Positions 37,552 through 48,899 of a DNA stretch of 49,167 bases are shown piece after piece. The notes beneath the pieces are model-generated. The model did no database searches and had not been told where the DNA came from. It saw only the letters and a list, made by a program, of their open reading frames with translations. Position 1 is the stretch's first letter; the number at the start of each line of letters is the position of its first letter. Made by a program: the position numbers and the translations under genes. Origin of the DNA: Octopus bimaculoides (lineage: Eukaryota); NCBI RefSeq assembly GCF_001194135.2, contig NC_068997.1, positions 35,243,249 through 35,292,415 on the forward strand, given 5' to 3'.

Positions 37552-38583
37552 TTTATGATGTGCAAGCGCAAATACAACGGAGGATGGGGTAGAGAGGATA
37601 AAAGTAGGTTTTTAGTCTTTGCACCTGACCGTTCTTTTGAAACTCTTCTACCACTTTTACTTTGTTTAAAAAAAAAAACCCTCATACATGTTTCGCGCAT
37701 ACATGCTAGATAGTCGTTGTAGGATCGACTAGTCACGACTAGCTAGCGCGGATGCGCGCATCGTGACCACTCTTCTTGAATAGTACCTAAAGGGTGGAGA
37801 CGGTCTATATCCTTTACCTCCGCCAACAAACATATGGGTGTTCTTTCTACTTTAGTCTATTTTTGTTTCAACAATCTGTCTTGTAATTCTTTTACAAATT
37901 TATTCTGAAAGTTATGACCTTCCAAAGTCTGTGGGGTAGAACTCTGTAGTTATGCCTTTACATCGAACTTCGGCTGGTTAGACAGAATTCTCTCTACCGG
38001 AAGAGATGGGTGAAATAATGTTACTGAAAACTTTGTTTTACTCCTTATTTTATTGATCCTGAAATGTTGAAAGGCAAAGATAACCTCAGCGCGATCAGAG
38101 TTATTGCCAATATGCTACCTTAGGCTAAAGTAAGGCACACTTTCATCAATTCAACGGATTTCAGAAATGGTATTTTAAAGCATTATTCTTTATCCGATGT
38201 ATGTCATATACGATGGTGTAAACAACGTAACCACCTGTTGGTTCTACAGATCGCACTTAGCGGTTCAACCTACTATGTCCTTATGCCTCTGCTCGATCCG
38301 TGTTGTGTTGAATAAAATGCTGCTGCCTTGTGACAAGTAAAAAATTTAATGACCACTCGACGGAATCCCAGCGAGATATGGTTTGAAATCGCGAAATATG
38401 AGTCACTCTTTCTGCAAACAGTAAAACTATTTTCACTGTATACTAACTATAGTAGAATCTGAAATCAATCAACGGATGAATTTCAAGATTTTCTTCCTGA
38501 AGCTGGTGTCATATTTATGTCGTAAAAAATAGCATGCAATCTTAATAAAGAAAAATAATATTTTATACAATAAAATAACTTAC

Positions 38584-38794
38584 CAGCGAGAATGAATGAT
38601 CCTACACTTGATATAAAACCGGAGAGGAAAGAATTAAATGGAAAGGTGCCAACTACACAAATGTACAAAAACTGCATAACGCCTGTGAGGAAAACATAGA
38701 CAAGATATGCATCTATAATTTTAAGTTTCTTCGGCGTGTTTGCTATGTATTCATCCCAAAATTTGGTCAAAACATTTAATATTTTTTCCGGCAT
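38584..38794 (-). CDS. DAD1: DAD1/OST2 coding exon 1
   Basis: [70 protein letters not shown], with the hallmark [14 protein letters not shown]. 211 nt followed by a GTAAGT donor at 38583. Confidence 0.97.
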
Positions 38795-38879
38795 GTTTCT
38801 TTTAAAGAGATTTTCTTCTAAAAATGTTCTGCAATAATGTCTAATTTACTTCGAAATGTGGAAGGAAGAAAAACAGAAG

Positions 38880-39000
38880 AATTGAAATGCGATAACGTCA
38901 ACGTGGCAATGTATTCTCGTGTTTCGAGAGTTGCGTGAGATTTGGTTGCTGCTTTCGTTTCACACATAAAACTACTGAGATTTGTGAAAATCGTCACAGA
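38880..39000 (-). promoter_or_regulatory. Putative DAD1 proximal promoter with tandem ACGT-core sites
   Basis: Locally CpG-richer. Minus strand reads TGCCACGTTGACGT (38908-38895), ~100 bp upstream of the ATG. Confidence 0.45.
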
Positions 39001-39098
39001 TAGGAAAATTTGTTAGGAATTTCTGGCATCACTTTTCTTGTCAATTGGCAGTTATGATTATTGTTGCCAAAGGAAATATATTCGAAAGGAGCTGAATT

Positions 39099-39746
39099 GG
39101 TTAATGTTTACTTTAACATCCGGCCACTTAAACCAAACAAAAAAAAAATGTGTATTAAATGAATAAGAAAACTGAAATTTGCGCCAACGAACTGAGGCAT
39201 GGGGAGAGGACTTTCAGAAAATTCACAAAATCTGATTTTTTCCCTTATAACTTTTAGGAAAATTAATCTTTTAATCAAACGGCATAGATTACGATTATAA
39301 AGAAATCTGTGGGAAAAATTGCTTTCCAGGGCGGGGAGGACTTTCGAAGAGAAAAAAATTCATAAATTTGTTTTTTTGTTTGAGTGTAATGGAAAAAGTT
39401 GGGAAAGAAATTTTTTAGATGCATTTATTTTTCGTTTGAGTTATAGAAAAAGGTTTTAAAAAAGATCTCATATATCATGATAAGATGAACAAATTCATTA
39501 ATACGGTATTGAATATGAATGGGTTCACTATGGGAAAAAGTTAAGGGCGATTTAGTTGTTGTTTTTAGCACACCTCCACCGTTGGGATCTTTTTTAAAAC
39601 CTTTTTCTTTGACTTTTGGATCTTGTGAATTTTGAGAAAGTCCCCTCCCCACTCACTGGTTCATTGGTGCAAATTTTTGTTTTTATATTCGTTTAATACA
39701 CATATACTAGTTTTTTTTTTGTTACCTGTTAAAGTAAATATTAACC
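39099..39746. mobile_element. Merlin-type MITE (GG termini, 8-bp TSD, long TIRs)
   Basis: Termini GGTTAATGTTTACTTTAACA / TGTTAAAGTAAATATTAACC. TSD GCTGAATT (39091-39098) / ACTGAATT (39747-39754). Imperfect inverted similarity extends ~130 bp. The superfamily call rests on the terminus and TSD pattern. Confidence 0.8.
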
Positions 39747-40130
39747 ACTGAATTTGTCAAAAACAGAAACTAAAATATTACTAAGAATGCCTAGTTGAAG
39801 CTAACAAACGTGCTAAATATAAAACCCATGTCGTCAAAAATTAGTTCAGTTTTATTAATTATAGAAAATGGTTCACCCGTTCAAAACAACTGGAGAAACG
39901 ATTGATAGATTCCTCTAATAGGGGAAAAATAAAGTCACTTTCTTTTCCAGCTAAGACTCATAAACTTGTTGCGGTGTTTTCAGACCCCCTACTCATAAAA
40001 ACCCAAGCTTATACCATTCAGTCATGTCTGACGATAGTTTGCTTCTCCACATTTTTCAGCACATAACCATTCAGTAACAGGAACCGACTGTTATGTAACT
40101 AAATATATGATATTGTATAAATCACACCAT

Positions 40131-40915
40131 ACATCATCATCATCATCATCATCCTTTAACATCTGTTTTCCATGATGGCATGACCAGAGCTGGGAATCTG
40201 CACCAGGTTCCAGTCTGATTTGGCTTGGTTTCAATGGCTGGATGCCCTTCCTAACGCCAACCACTTTACACTGTGTGCTGGGTGCTTTTAATGTACCACC
40301 AGCATGAGTGCTTTTACATGACACCAGCACAAGTGCTTTCTACGTGGCACCAACACAAGTACTTTTTACATAGCACTGGCACAGAACTCTTGCAGGCCAA
40401 TCATTTACACCAGGGGATGTGGCTTTAAAACTTCAGCAGTGAAGTACAGGTCTTCTTGAGTACAGCTAGCTGCCAAGTATCTTGGTCCTTTGTCATCTCA
40501 TCAGAAATGATCAGCGTCCTGAGGTTGTCCTTCTGTACTTCATCCCATGTCTTACTGGATCTCCCTCTTCCATAAGTTCCATCCACTTTGAGTGAATGAT
40601 AATTCTTTATGGAGCTGTCAGCACCCATCAGCATCACATGATCAAACCAGTGCAGTCTTCTCTCTTGCACACTGCAACTAATTCCTCTTATGTCTACCTT
40701 CTTTCTCAATACACTAACACTCTGTCGTATGTGTACACTTACATTACACATCCAGTGGAGCATACTAGCCTCATTCAGGGTCCACATCTCACTACCATGT
40801 AGAATTGCAGCAGTTTGTATACATGCATCATACACCATCACTTCTTTCACACAGTGAGAGAAACTTTTGGTTGCCAATGAGTTAAAAGCTCTATGAATTT
40901 TCTCCACCCTTTTCT
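40131..40915 (-). mobile_element. 5'-truncated RTE-like LINE with repeat-bearing 3'UTR and (GAT)n tail
   Basis: ORF 40425-40907 (LHGSEMW, RRLHWFDHV, GRGRSSKTWDEV); 25-26-bp units at 40282-40384; (CAT)n at ~40131-40153 on the plus strand. Confidence 0.88.
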
Positions 40916-41045
40916 TATTCTAGCTATTACACTCTCCATACATCCTTCCCCACCACTAATTAGGTCTCCTAGGCTGCAGAAATTATCCACTATTTCTAAA
41001 GAAGCTTCAGAGCATTTGAGAAAATCAATTTCCTGAATATTTGTA

Positions 41046-42240
41046 TTGGGTTGTCTGGAAAGTTCATTACCTTTCGACTTATTTTAGAACATGGTTGAGT
41101 CCATAAACTAGGATTTGACTAGACCTCCATTTAGAGCACAGTTTAAGCTATCATTTCTTGGAAGAAAGTTTATGTTCCTACAACCTGTGTTAATTCTGTA
41201 ACCCTTTAAAATGGAAGATAAGAAAGTTCGTTTTCAGCACTTCATGCTTTTCTTTTTCCGTAAAGGGAAAAATGCCTCACAAGCAACCAAAGAAATATGT
41301 GCAGTTTACGGTGATGTTTCTTTATTCGAAAGAACTGTACGGAAGTGGTTCGCAAGGTTCTGAGCTGGAGATTGTAGCCATATTGATAAAGAGCGATCAG
41401 GCAGACCATCCACTACAGATGATGACAAAATCAAGTCATTAATTGAGAATAACCCACATTGCACAACCTGAGAATTGGCGGAAAGCCTCAACCTATCAAA
41501 ATCCATCGTTCATGAGCACCTGGTAAAGCTTGGGTACACAAATCGCTACAATGTTTGGGTACCACATGAGTTGAGTGAGAAGAACTTTTTGGATCGCATT
41601 TCCATCTATGATTTGCTTTATAAATGGAATGAAAATGCACCTTTTTTTAAAGCAAATTGTGACAGGAAATGGATTATCTACCGAAGTGTTCAGAGAAAGC
41701 GATCCTGGAGTAAGCAACATGAGCCACCCTTAGCCACCCCAAAAGCGGGTCTTCACCTTAAAATAATCTTGCTTTGTGTCTGGTGGGATTGGAAAGGAAT
41801 TCTGTACTATGAGCTTCTCCCAAGTAACCAGATAATTAATTCTGAGAAATACTGCATACAACTGGATGAGTTAAAAGCAGCAATTCAAGAGAAATATCCA
41901 GAATTGGCCAACAGGGAGGGTGTTGTTTTCCAATATGATAATGCAAGAGTGCACGTTTCTTTGGGAATCAGACAAAAATTGCTGCAGCTCAGATGGGATG
42001 TTACCCCACCCTCCATATTCACAAGATATTGCTCCTTCGGATTTCCACTTGTTCAGGTCTCTGCAGAATAGTTTTAATGGTAAAAATTTCAATTCCTTGG
42101 ATGACGTAAAAAGATACTTTGATGAATTCTTTGCCATGAAACTACCTCAATTCTGGGAAGAGGGTATTTTCAAGTTAAAGGAAAGATGGAGACGCATTGT
42201 GCAACAAAATGGTTCATATTTGGTTGATTAAAAATGTAAC
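41046..42240 (+). mobile_element. Mariner (DD34D, mellifera-subfamily-like), full but disabled transposase, right TIR missing
   Basis: TA + TTGGGTTGTCTGGAAAG TIR at 41044. ATG 41211 MEDKKVRFQHFMLFFFRKGKNASQA; WVPHEL; FQYDNARVH; YSQDIAPSDFHLF; stop at 42231. In-frame stops and frameshifts. Confidence 0.93.
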
Positions 42241-43329
42241 AGATGCCTTTGCTAAGCAGAATAATGTCTTTGCTACTCGACCCTTCCAACCTCTTCTAGG
42301 CTACCAAAAGTTAGAAAGTTACCACTAACGAAATCTATTGTTCTCAACAATATGTCTCTCATTCTTGCTATCTTGCGATAGTTGTATATATGGAAAATTC
42401 CCAGGCAAAAATCAGTTACTGAGAGCAACAGTTAGTGAACAGAGACCAACTTGAGTCATGGCCACTATAGACAAACAACCAGAGGGAGAAAGAAGGTTAT
42501 AATCAGCCAACTATGAGACACAACTTCCCTTGACTCTATAAGATTCACTAGCTCAATTTCTTTACTCTTACAACATCATTCTATCACTATCTATGGTTTA
42601 CTACTACAATAAAAATGTGCATACAGGCTGAAATTAACTTTCTTAACCTCGCATGCTCTTTCAATTATATCACACCTGCCCATCAAAGCATGGCATTATA
42701 CAAAGTAAAGGTAAATAAATATTTCTTTACAACTTCGACTACTGTTCTTTCATCTTGTACATCTGCAACAGCAACACCCATTACAATCGCTAACAATCAA
42801 CACCCACAATTATCATAAAACAAACCGTTACACTGGCAACCAACATCTTAACCAAACAACCTCATTGGTGACCACTAACTCCACCTGTTACAGATATATT
42901 TGCTTACAAGAAAAACAGTCTTCAGAGCATACATTCAAATAAACAGTTTGTTGCAGCAACCATATTGAGTGAAGTTCCAGAACATTTTATTGTAAAATCA
43001 ATTTCAAAAGGAGTGCAGTGTGTACTTCTGTTTCAGATACCTTCAAAATATTCAAGGAAGACTTCATATGGAAAGTCCTCTTGAGAGATCAGAAGAAAGA
43101 ATGTACAGTATTCTGTTGAAAGTGAAGCTTCTCAACAGGTTCATATACCTGCTAACAGGATATAGACTTCTATATCACAGGCACATAAATTAGGAGTGGA
43201 CAGGCAACAATGTTTACATAGAAACAAAAGACTATTGCAGCTAGTGAACAAGAAAATGAAGAACAAATACAAATGAAGCAAAATTTTGTCTAATTCCACT
43301 GTACTACAGTTTGGTGCAGAGGCATGAAC

Positions 43330-45940
43330 CACAAGAAACATGATTTTGCTGATGGGTACTTCTTCCTATGATCCCAACAAAAGACTAGGATCTTCAGTCC
43401 TCTTGTTTGATATTATGTTCAGCCAATGATTGTATTTCCTTTCACTTAAGCTTAATGGTCAATTTTTCTCTTTTCCTTTCCTGACATCCATTCATTTTAT
43501 ATTCCACTTTTTATTCCTATTTGGTTTTTCAGTCCTGTCTTTTAAACCAGCAATAGTAGCATGAATTTCTTCATTTTCACCAACTTCTACCTGATCTAAG
43601 ACTTCACTGCTCTCACTTTTAGGTTCTCTAGTCACAACTTTCTTGTCAAAATGTTTTCTCTCACACACATTCATTATTTGTCATGAGTGCATTCTGAAAA
43701 ATGCTCCTCCATGCCTAACTAATATAAACTGACCTTCTCTACCAAATACTCTAGAAGAACTATGTCATCCTTTGCAATTTTCTCTAATACAAGATTTGGT
43801 TACCATCCATAAAATCTGCAACAGGAGAACACCTCTTTTTAGACCCCGGTACTCATTTTTTCACTAGCTTCAGCTTCCATGAAACTCTTTCTTGCTGTAT
43901 GAAGAGCATTTAAATTTATTCTAACCATGTCACAAGTAGTTGTAGATTCAGAACAAAGTGTTTGTTAACATACAAGTTCATTTGGACTATGCCCTAAGTA
44001 ATCCTGGAGTGCAATTTTTGTATTAATAGATTGTGCCAGGACTACCTCTGGCTCATACTTCTCATCTTCTAATGTTTTCTGAATTACTTCAACAGCTATC
44101 AAGCTGTGAAACTCCACACGGTCACTACTAAATAGATTAACTTCAGCAGTAGTACAGATTGAAGGTTTAGTTTTTCATTCCTCTGCTGGCAGTAATTGTT
44201 GTTAAACACACCAATTAAAAACAATCAGGAGTTTCAAAATAAAATATGCAGGTGGCCAATTGATTTGGGGATTTTCCAAAGAAAAACCCTCATATCAATA
44301 AGATGCATAGCTCTGAGATTAGAGCATCTTTACAGTTGAACCGCTACTTCTCCACATTGAGGAGGCACAGTTTCAGTACTATGAACATATGAATAGAATG
44401 TTACAGAAAGAATCACAAAATGGATTCTTCAAACCAAGCCAACTAGCAAGAGACTTAAGGGTAGACCAACAACAATATGATTAGATAATATCCATAGATT
44501 CAGTCAGTCACATTTGGAAAACAAGCAGGGAAGTCTAATGATAGTTGTTTCTGATAGGACCCTATGGAGGAGGTACTGAAGACTTGGCCACCATGACCCT
44601 CCCAGAAGATTTTCCTTGTTTTAATTAATCTGGATGCAGGGTATCTAGTAACGACATCAATAAATCAGGAATTATTGTAAATGTGCTCCTTCAGATTAAG
44701 ACAAACTGTGTCATTAAATTTATTCTCCTGGGGCAATCTCACCACTGGACTTAGTGGAGGTCTTTTAAACTTGTCATAAATCTAAAAAGAGTCACAGATT
44801 TATTTAACTAGTTCTAAAAATTCATAATTCTTGAAGGTTTTTCTCTAAGGAAGGACACCAGCAAACTGGTGGTGCAGTTTCTCAGCTTTCCTCCTCCTCT
44901 CTGATGTGAAGCACTGTTTCACATTTTTATTACATGTAGATATAATACAATGTTTGGAATATTGCAATTTTCGAGCAGCATGTTAGTAAAAGGAAGACAA
45001 TAGTAATCAGACAATGTGTTTTTTCGGTTTTACAGATCTACACCAAATCCAAATACAATCATTTTTTTTAAAGTCACACCATTCCACCAGTTTTTGTAGA
45101 TCTATGGCTTAAGGAAAGAGATAAATAAGATAAACCAATGTTAGCTTCAATATAAACTTTGACACCTATTATAACTGGAAACTTGACTATATTCCTAAAC
45201 TTTACTGCCACTCTATAACCAAAGAAGAAACTTCTGTCACATTTTCTAAACACTTCTAAACAGGATTATTTTGTAGAATGTAACATTGCCATACCAAGCA
45301 TCTCTAGATTTAAACTTAAAACATGTCATGATCTTGCCATCATTGTCTGTAGGATTTGACTAAACACCATAAGACTGATAATTGCATCTCTCTCTATAAA
45401 TAATATTGTCAGTACTGTCTTCTTCTATCAGACATACCCGGTTTATATTTCACATCTGGTACAATACATTCATTTGATGAAATATCTCTAAATACCTTCT
45501 TGAACATGCCTTTCATGTCTTCATAAGTTAAATGAGAACATGTGGTATGTGTTCACTTTTCATCTTCTTTTGATACATCAATAACATTAAATATAAAAAA
45601 ATGTTTGGACACCTTATAGTAAAGAAATTATGAATTGCAATAGCTTATCATAATGAAATTCATTCTAGATGAAAAAGTCATTCAAACTTGTGCCTGCAGG
45701 TCTTTTGTAAGAATAGAATTCTTTAAAAGACGAGTCATCTATGCTCTTGTATTCTCATCATGAAAGTAAACTTTATTAAGCTTGTCTGTAAAAAGTTTTA
45801 GTCTATGGATCTTCAGATTGCTTAAACATTCATGTATGTTAAGAGACAATGATAAGAATACAGTAGGCTCATATTTAGTTTTTAACCAGATTTCTAAATC
45901 TTGCTCCCATTCTGTGTATGACACTTCATTAGACAATTCT
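43330..45940 (-). mobile_element. Decayed LTR-retrotransposon internal region (gag, protease-like, integrase), Copia-like
   Basis: Gag-like SYTEWEQDLEIW..VFLSL..LNKVYFHDE (45739-45936). Knuckle-like NPTDNDGKIMTC. Integrase-like TTAEV..LGHSPNELV..NLNALHTARKSFMEAEASEK (~43860-44160). No RT motif and no flanking LTRs recognised. Confidence 0.6.
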
Positions 45941-46409
45941 AAAGTTGGTATCTAAAATTCATCATTGAACAGGTGTGTACAACAGCACTAGAAATAATAT
46001 TTCACATTACACTAGAATCAAGGATAATTGCTGCTACTGTGAGCTTCTAAGTTGATACATTATACATCTTTGCTTTGCCATTAAAATGAATGTTACAACT
46101 GTTGTTTTTATTCTAAGACTCTCTCTGCTACACCAATAGTAATAACTCATGTTCATCTTGCATCAAGGAAGACAATCCAATAAACCAATATCAACATTAT
46201 GTTTTTAGTCACTGCCTATTTTTCTGTTTCATAAATTTTTGATGGTATGATACATAAGCTAAATATTCAATGCTACAGATATAGTGGCATCTTTCTTCTG
46301 TTTGTGTCACTGTATTTACCAAAAGCACGACTGGATAGTGTGCTTTGATTCAAAGTAGCTAAATTCCATTTTGCCAGCTGTTAGTTATCATTAGAGTGTG
46401 AAGGGTAGA

Positions 46410-46622
46410 GAGCAGTGGGCTGTCAAAATTATTGAAGTATCAGAGGAAATATCTTGTATTTCTTCCAACTCTTTACATTCTCAGTTCAAAACCGGCTAAG
46501 GTCAGGTTTGCTTTTCATCCTTCCAAGGTTGTTAAAGTAAAGTACCAGTCAAGGTCTGGGGTTAATATAATTGACTATTCCACTCCCACAAATGTCAGTT
46601 TTTGTGCCCATGTTAGAAACAA
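46410..46622 (+). mobile_element. Degenerate tRNA-derived SINE, second family
   Basis: CTCAGTTCAAAACCGGCTAAGGTCAGGTTTGCTTTTCATCCTTCC..AAGTACCAGTCAAG..TGGGGTTAAT..GTGCCCATGTTAGAAAC. Confidence 0.65.
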
Positions 46623-46649
46623 TTACAGTGCCATGGGTGGACTTTGATG

Positions 46650-47330
46650 ACTTCATTTGTTGCATAACTGATTAACATGACTTATGTTTCTCCATATATT
46701 TTAGTCCTGTCCTCTTACTTTCACTGTTCAGTTGATTTAACAGTTGTTTCAGTTCATAAGTGTCATTTATATTTATGTCTTTACATACCAGTTATCTAAA
46801 TATGCTTTCTAGTGCAACATTCAAGAATTTGGGTAATATTATACACCTTTGTCTTAATCCTCTTTCTGTTATGTAGATACTTTCCATTTCAGTGTGAAAT
46901 CTTATAGAAGATTTTTCTTGGACTCTGTATATCAGTTTCATGTATTCCTTGATCATAAAGAATGTCAAGAACACCTGAATGTTATTGAAGGTTTTCTCAT
47001 AATTAATAAAGCTTAATGTAGTGCAGTATTAACTTGCATAAATGCATACATACATTCACACACTACATAGATTGGGTCTGACATCCTGCCCACTCATGAA
47101 AAGCACATGTACAATATACCATCTCTCCTTTTCTAGTGTTGTAAATGCTGCATGACAACTGATTGTCTTGCTTGATAGATAGTCACCAGAAATAGACTCC
47201 CATACATTTTTATTACATATATAAAAACATCTCCTTAGTGCCCTGTTTCCACAGAATTTAATACCTTTTCGTTGCTGACCCTTACTTCTACATAGCTTGC
47301 TACATCCTGGCATGACAGAGTATTTGGCAA
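46650..47330 (-). mobile_element. Degenerate RT fragment of a LINE (RTE-like)
   Basis: ORF 46792-46974 contains GLRQRCIILPKFLNVALESIFR (~GLRQGC.LSP.LFN.ALE). Confidence 0.6.
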
Positions 47331-47482
47331 TATAACTGGATGGTTATAACAGCTTTGGTTGGCAACCAACTTATGCAATCATTCAAAGGGATAAAGGAAT
47401 CCTCTAAAAATCTTTCCTGCTTTTTTATTCTATATATTGAAAGAATGAGTTTCTGTGTTTTCATAGTGATCATAATTAATAA

Positions 47483-48694
47483 TGTAATACTTCGACTGTG
47501 CGAACCAAAGGAGATGGCGACGTAGATGGTAAAGGCTCCTTTTTACCATGTCGCACGGTCGAACACAAAATAAAATATATATATATATATATATATATAG
47601 AAGGCTCGTCGTAAGAGAGATACGAGCCATTGTGCCAGTAAAAGAACTTAGGACAAACTCAACCGTTAGATATATAATGAGAATAAATTTATTAACAAAG
47701 TGAAACTGTTTGTCTGTGTGTGCGTGCATGCGACATATAAAATTAAGACAGTAGATAAATCAGGCCTTTGTGTACAAGAGAAGGTATACAACAATGTGAA
47801 ATGACGGACAGTCATATAAGCAATAGTGTGTATACAATATGTGAGTGTACATGTGTGCGTGTGAATGAGAGGAAACAGAACATAGTAAGAGTGCCTGTAA
47901 CATAGACTGTAAAAGGTCTTAAAACACTGAGATAGAGAAAAACCAGTTCGTATTAAAGTTACTCAAGATTTAGAATGTTCATACGCAGGAAGTTGTGGCC
48001 AAGTAGCAGAGCTGTGAGTATCAAACAATGTGTGTAGAGCGTCAAATGCTGTGACATGGTTTACCTGGTATAGTATATTCTGGCTGGTTAGTTCTGACTG
48101 TTATTCGTGAGTGGAAACAATCCACTCAACAGCGTCGAGATAAAACCGCTTTTGTTGATGTTGGTGTTGCTGGCGACAACAATGGTAGACAGTACATTGG
48201 TGGTGAAGACGTCAGAGCTGGAACTGGCTGTAGCTGTGTTCTGTATGTGTGTGGTCAACGACCAGACCTGTGAGAGATCTGGAATCGAAGACTATTGTGT
48301 GGTCAACAACCAGACCTGTGAGAGATCTAGAATCGAAGACATGTGTGGTCAGCGACCAGACCTGTGAGAGATCTAGAATCGAAGACATGTGTGGTCAGTG
48401 ACCAGACTTGTGAGAGATCTAGAATCAAAGACAACTGCCATCGTTGGATCGGGCTTATTTATAGGCGAAAGAGGGCTCACCAGAAACCCAGTAAAACTCT
48501 ATCTCATGTGACTTTAGCTGAAGCCACGATTGGACGTAATGCCCCCTTAGCAAGCAGAACATGGGGACAATAGCCGCGCAAAAATAAGAACCAATCAGGA
48601 TGATGGATACAAGGGTCCAAGGTAACCGAAGGCTAGATGTTAGCAGCTTCGTTATCATTTATGATTGAATGGCCGAGAGAGAGGTTTCACTACA
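47483..48694 (-). mobile_element. Solo LTR, same family as 12130-13215
   Basis: Minus strand TGTAGTGAAAC...GGTTCGCACAGTCGAAGTATTACA. Perfect 4-bp TSD ATAA (47479-47482, 48695-48698). TATAAATA at 48463-48456; AATAAA at 47693-47688. Confidence 0.88.
48248..48433 (-). repeat. Four tandem 46-48-bp units inside the LTR
   Basis: Plus-strand units start at 48248, 48296, 48342 and 48388; consensus TGTGTGGTCAGCGACCAGACCTGTGAGAGATCTAGAATCGAAGACA. Confidence 0.95.
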
Positions 48695-48899
48695 ATAATT
48701 ACCAAGTACATCAAAACAAAATTTGCATTGACTGGAATTAGTTTGTTTTCCATTGTAGTTCTGGAGTTTTTTATCAGTAAAAGTTGACATCAAACATAAA
48801 ATAATTATTTTTGGGAAATAAATCTGAATCATTCAATTATCAATTCTTTTTCTTCAAATTCTTCTGCATAAATCTTCTGCCAGAATTTTATTATTCTTG

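Noticed and set aside
38483-38583. 103-aa ORF as full DAD1
   Set aside because: Residues after ..SFILA are intron read-through past the GTAAGT donor; the true C-terminus is at 30062-29932.
30063-38583. Intronic snoRNA or tRNA genes in DAD1 intron 1
   Set aside because: No convincing paired C/D boxes with terminal stems, H/ACA hairpins or cloverleaf were found by eye; an Infernal/Rfam scan would be decisive.
42235-42572. TGTAAC...CTTACA segment as a solo LTR truncating the mariner
   Set aside because: The flanks (AAAA versus ACAT) give no TSD and there is no second copy in the window.
48248-48433. 46-bp array as a CRISPR array
   Set aside because: The units are contiguous with no unique spacers, sit inside a TSD-bounded LTR in eukaryotic DNA, and there are no cas genes.
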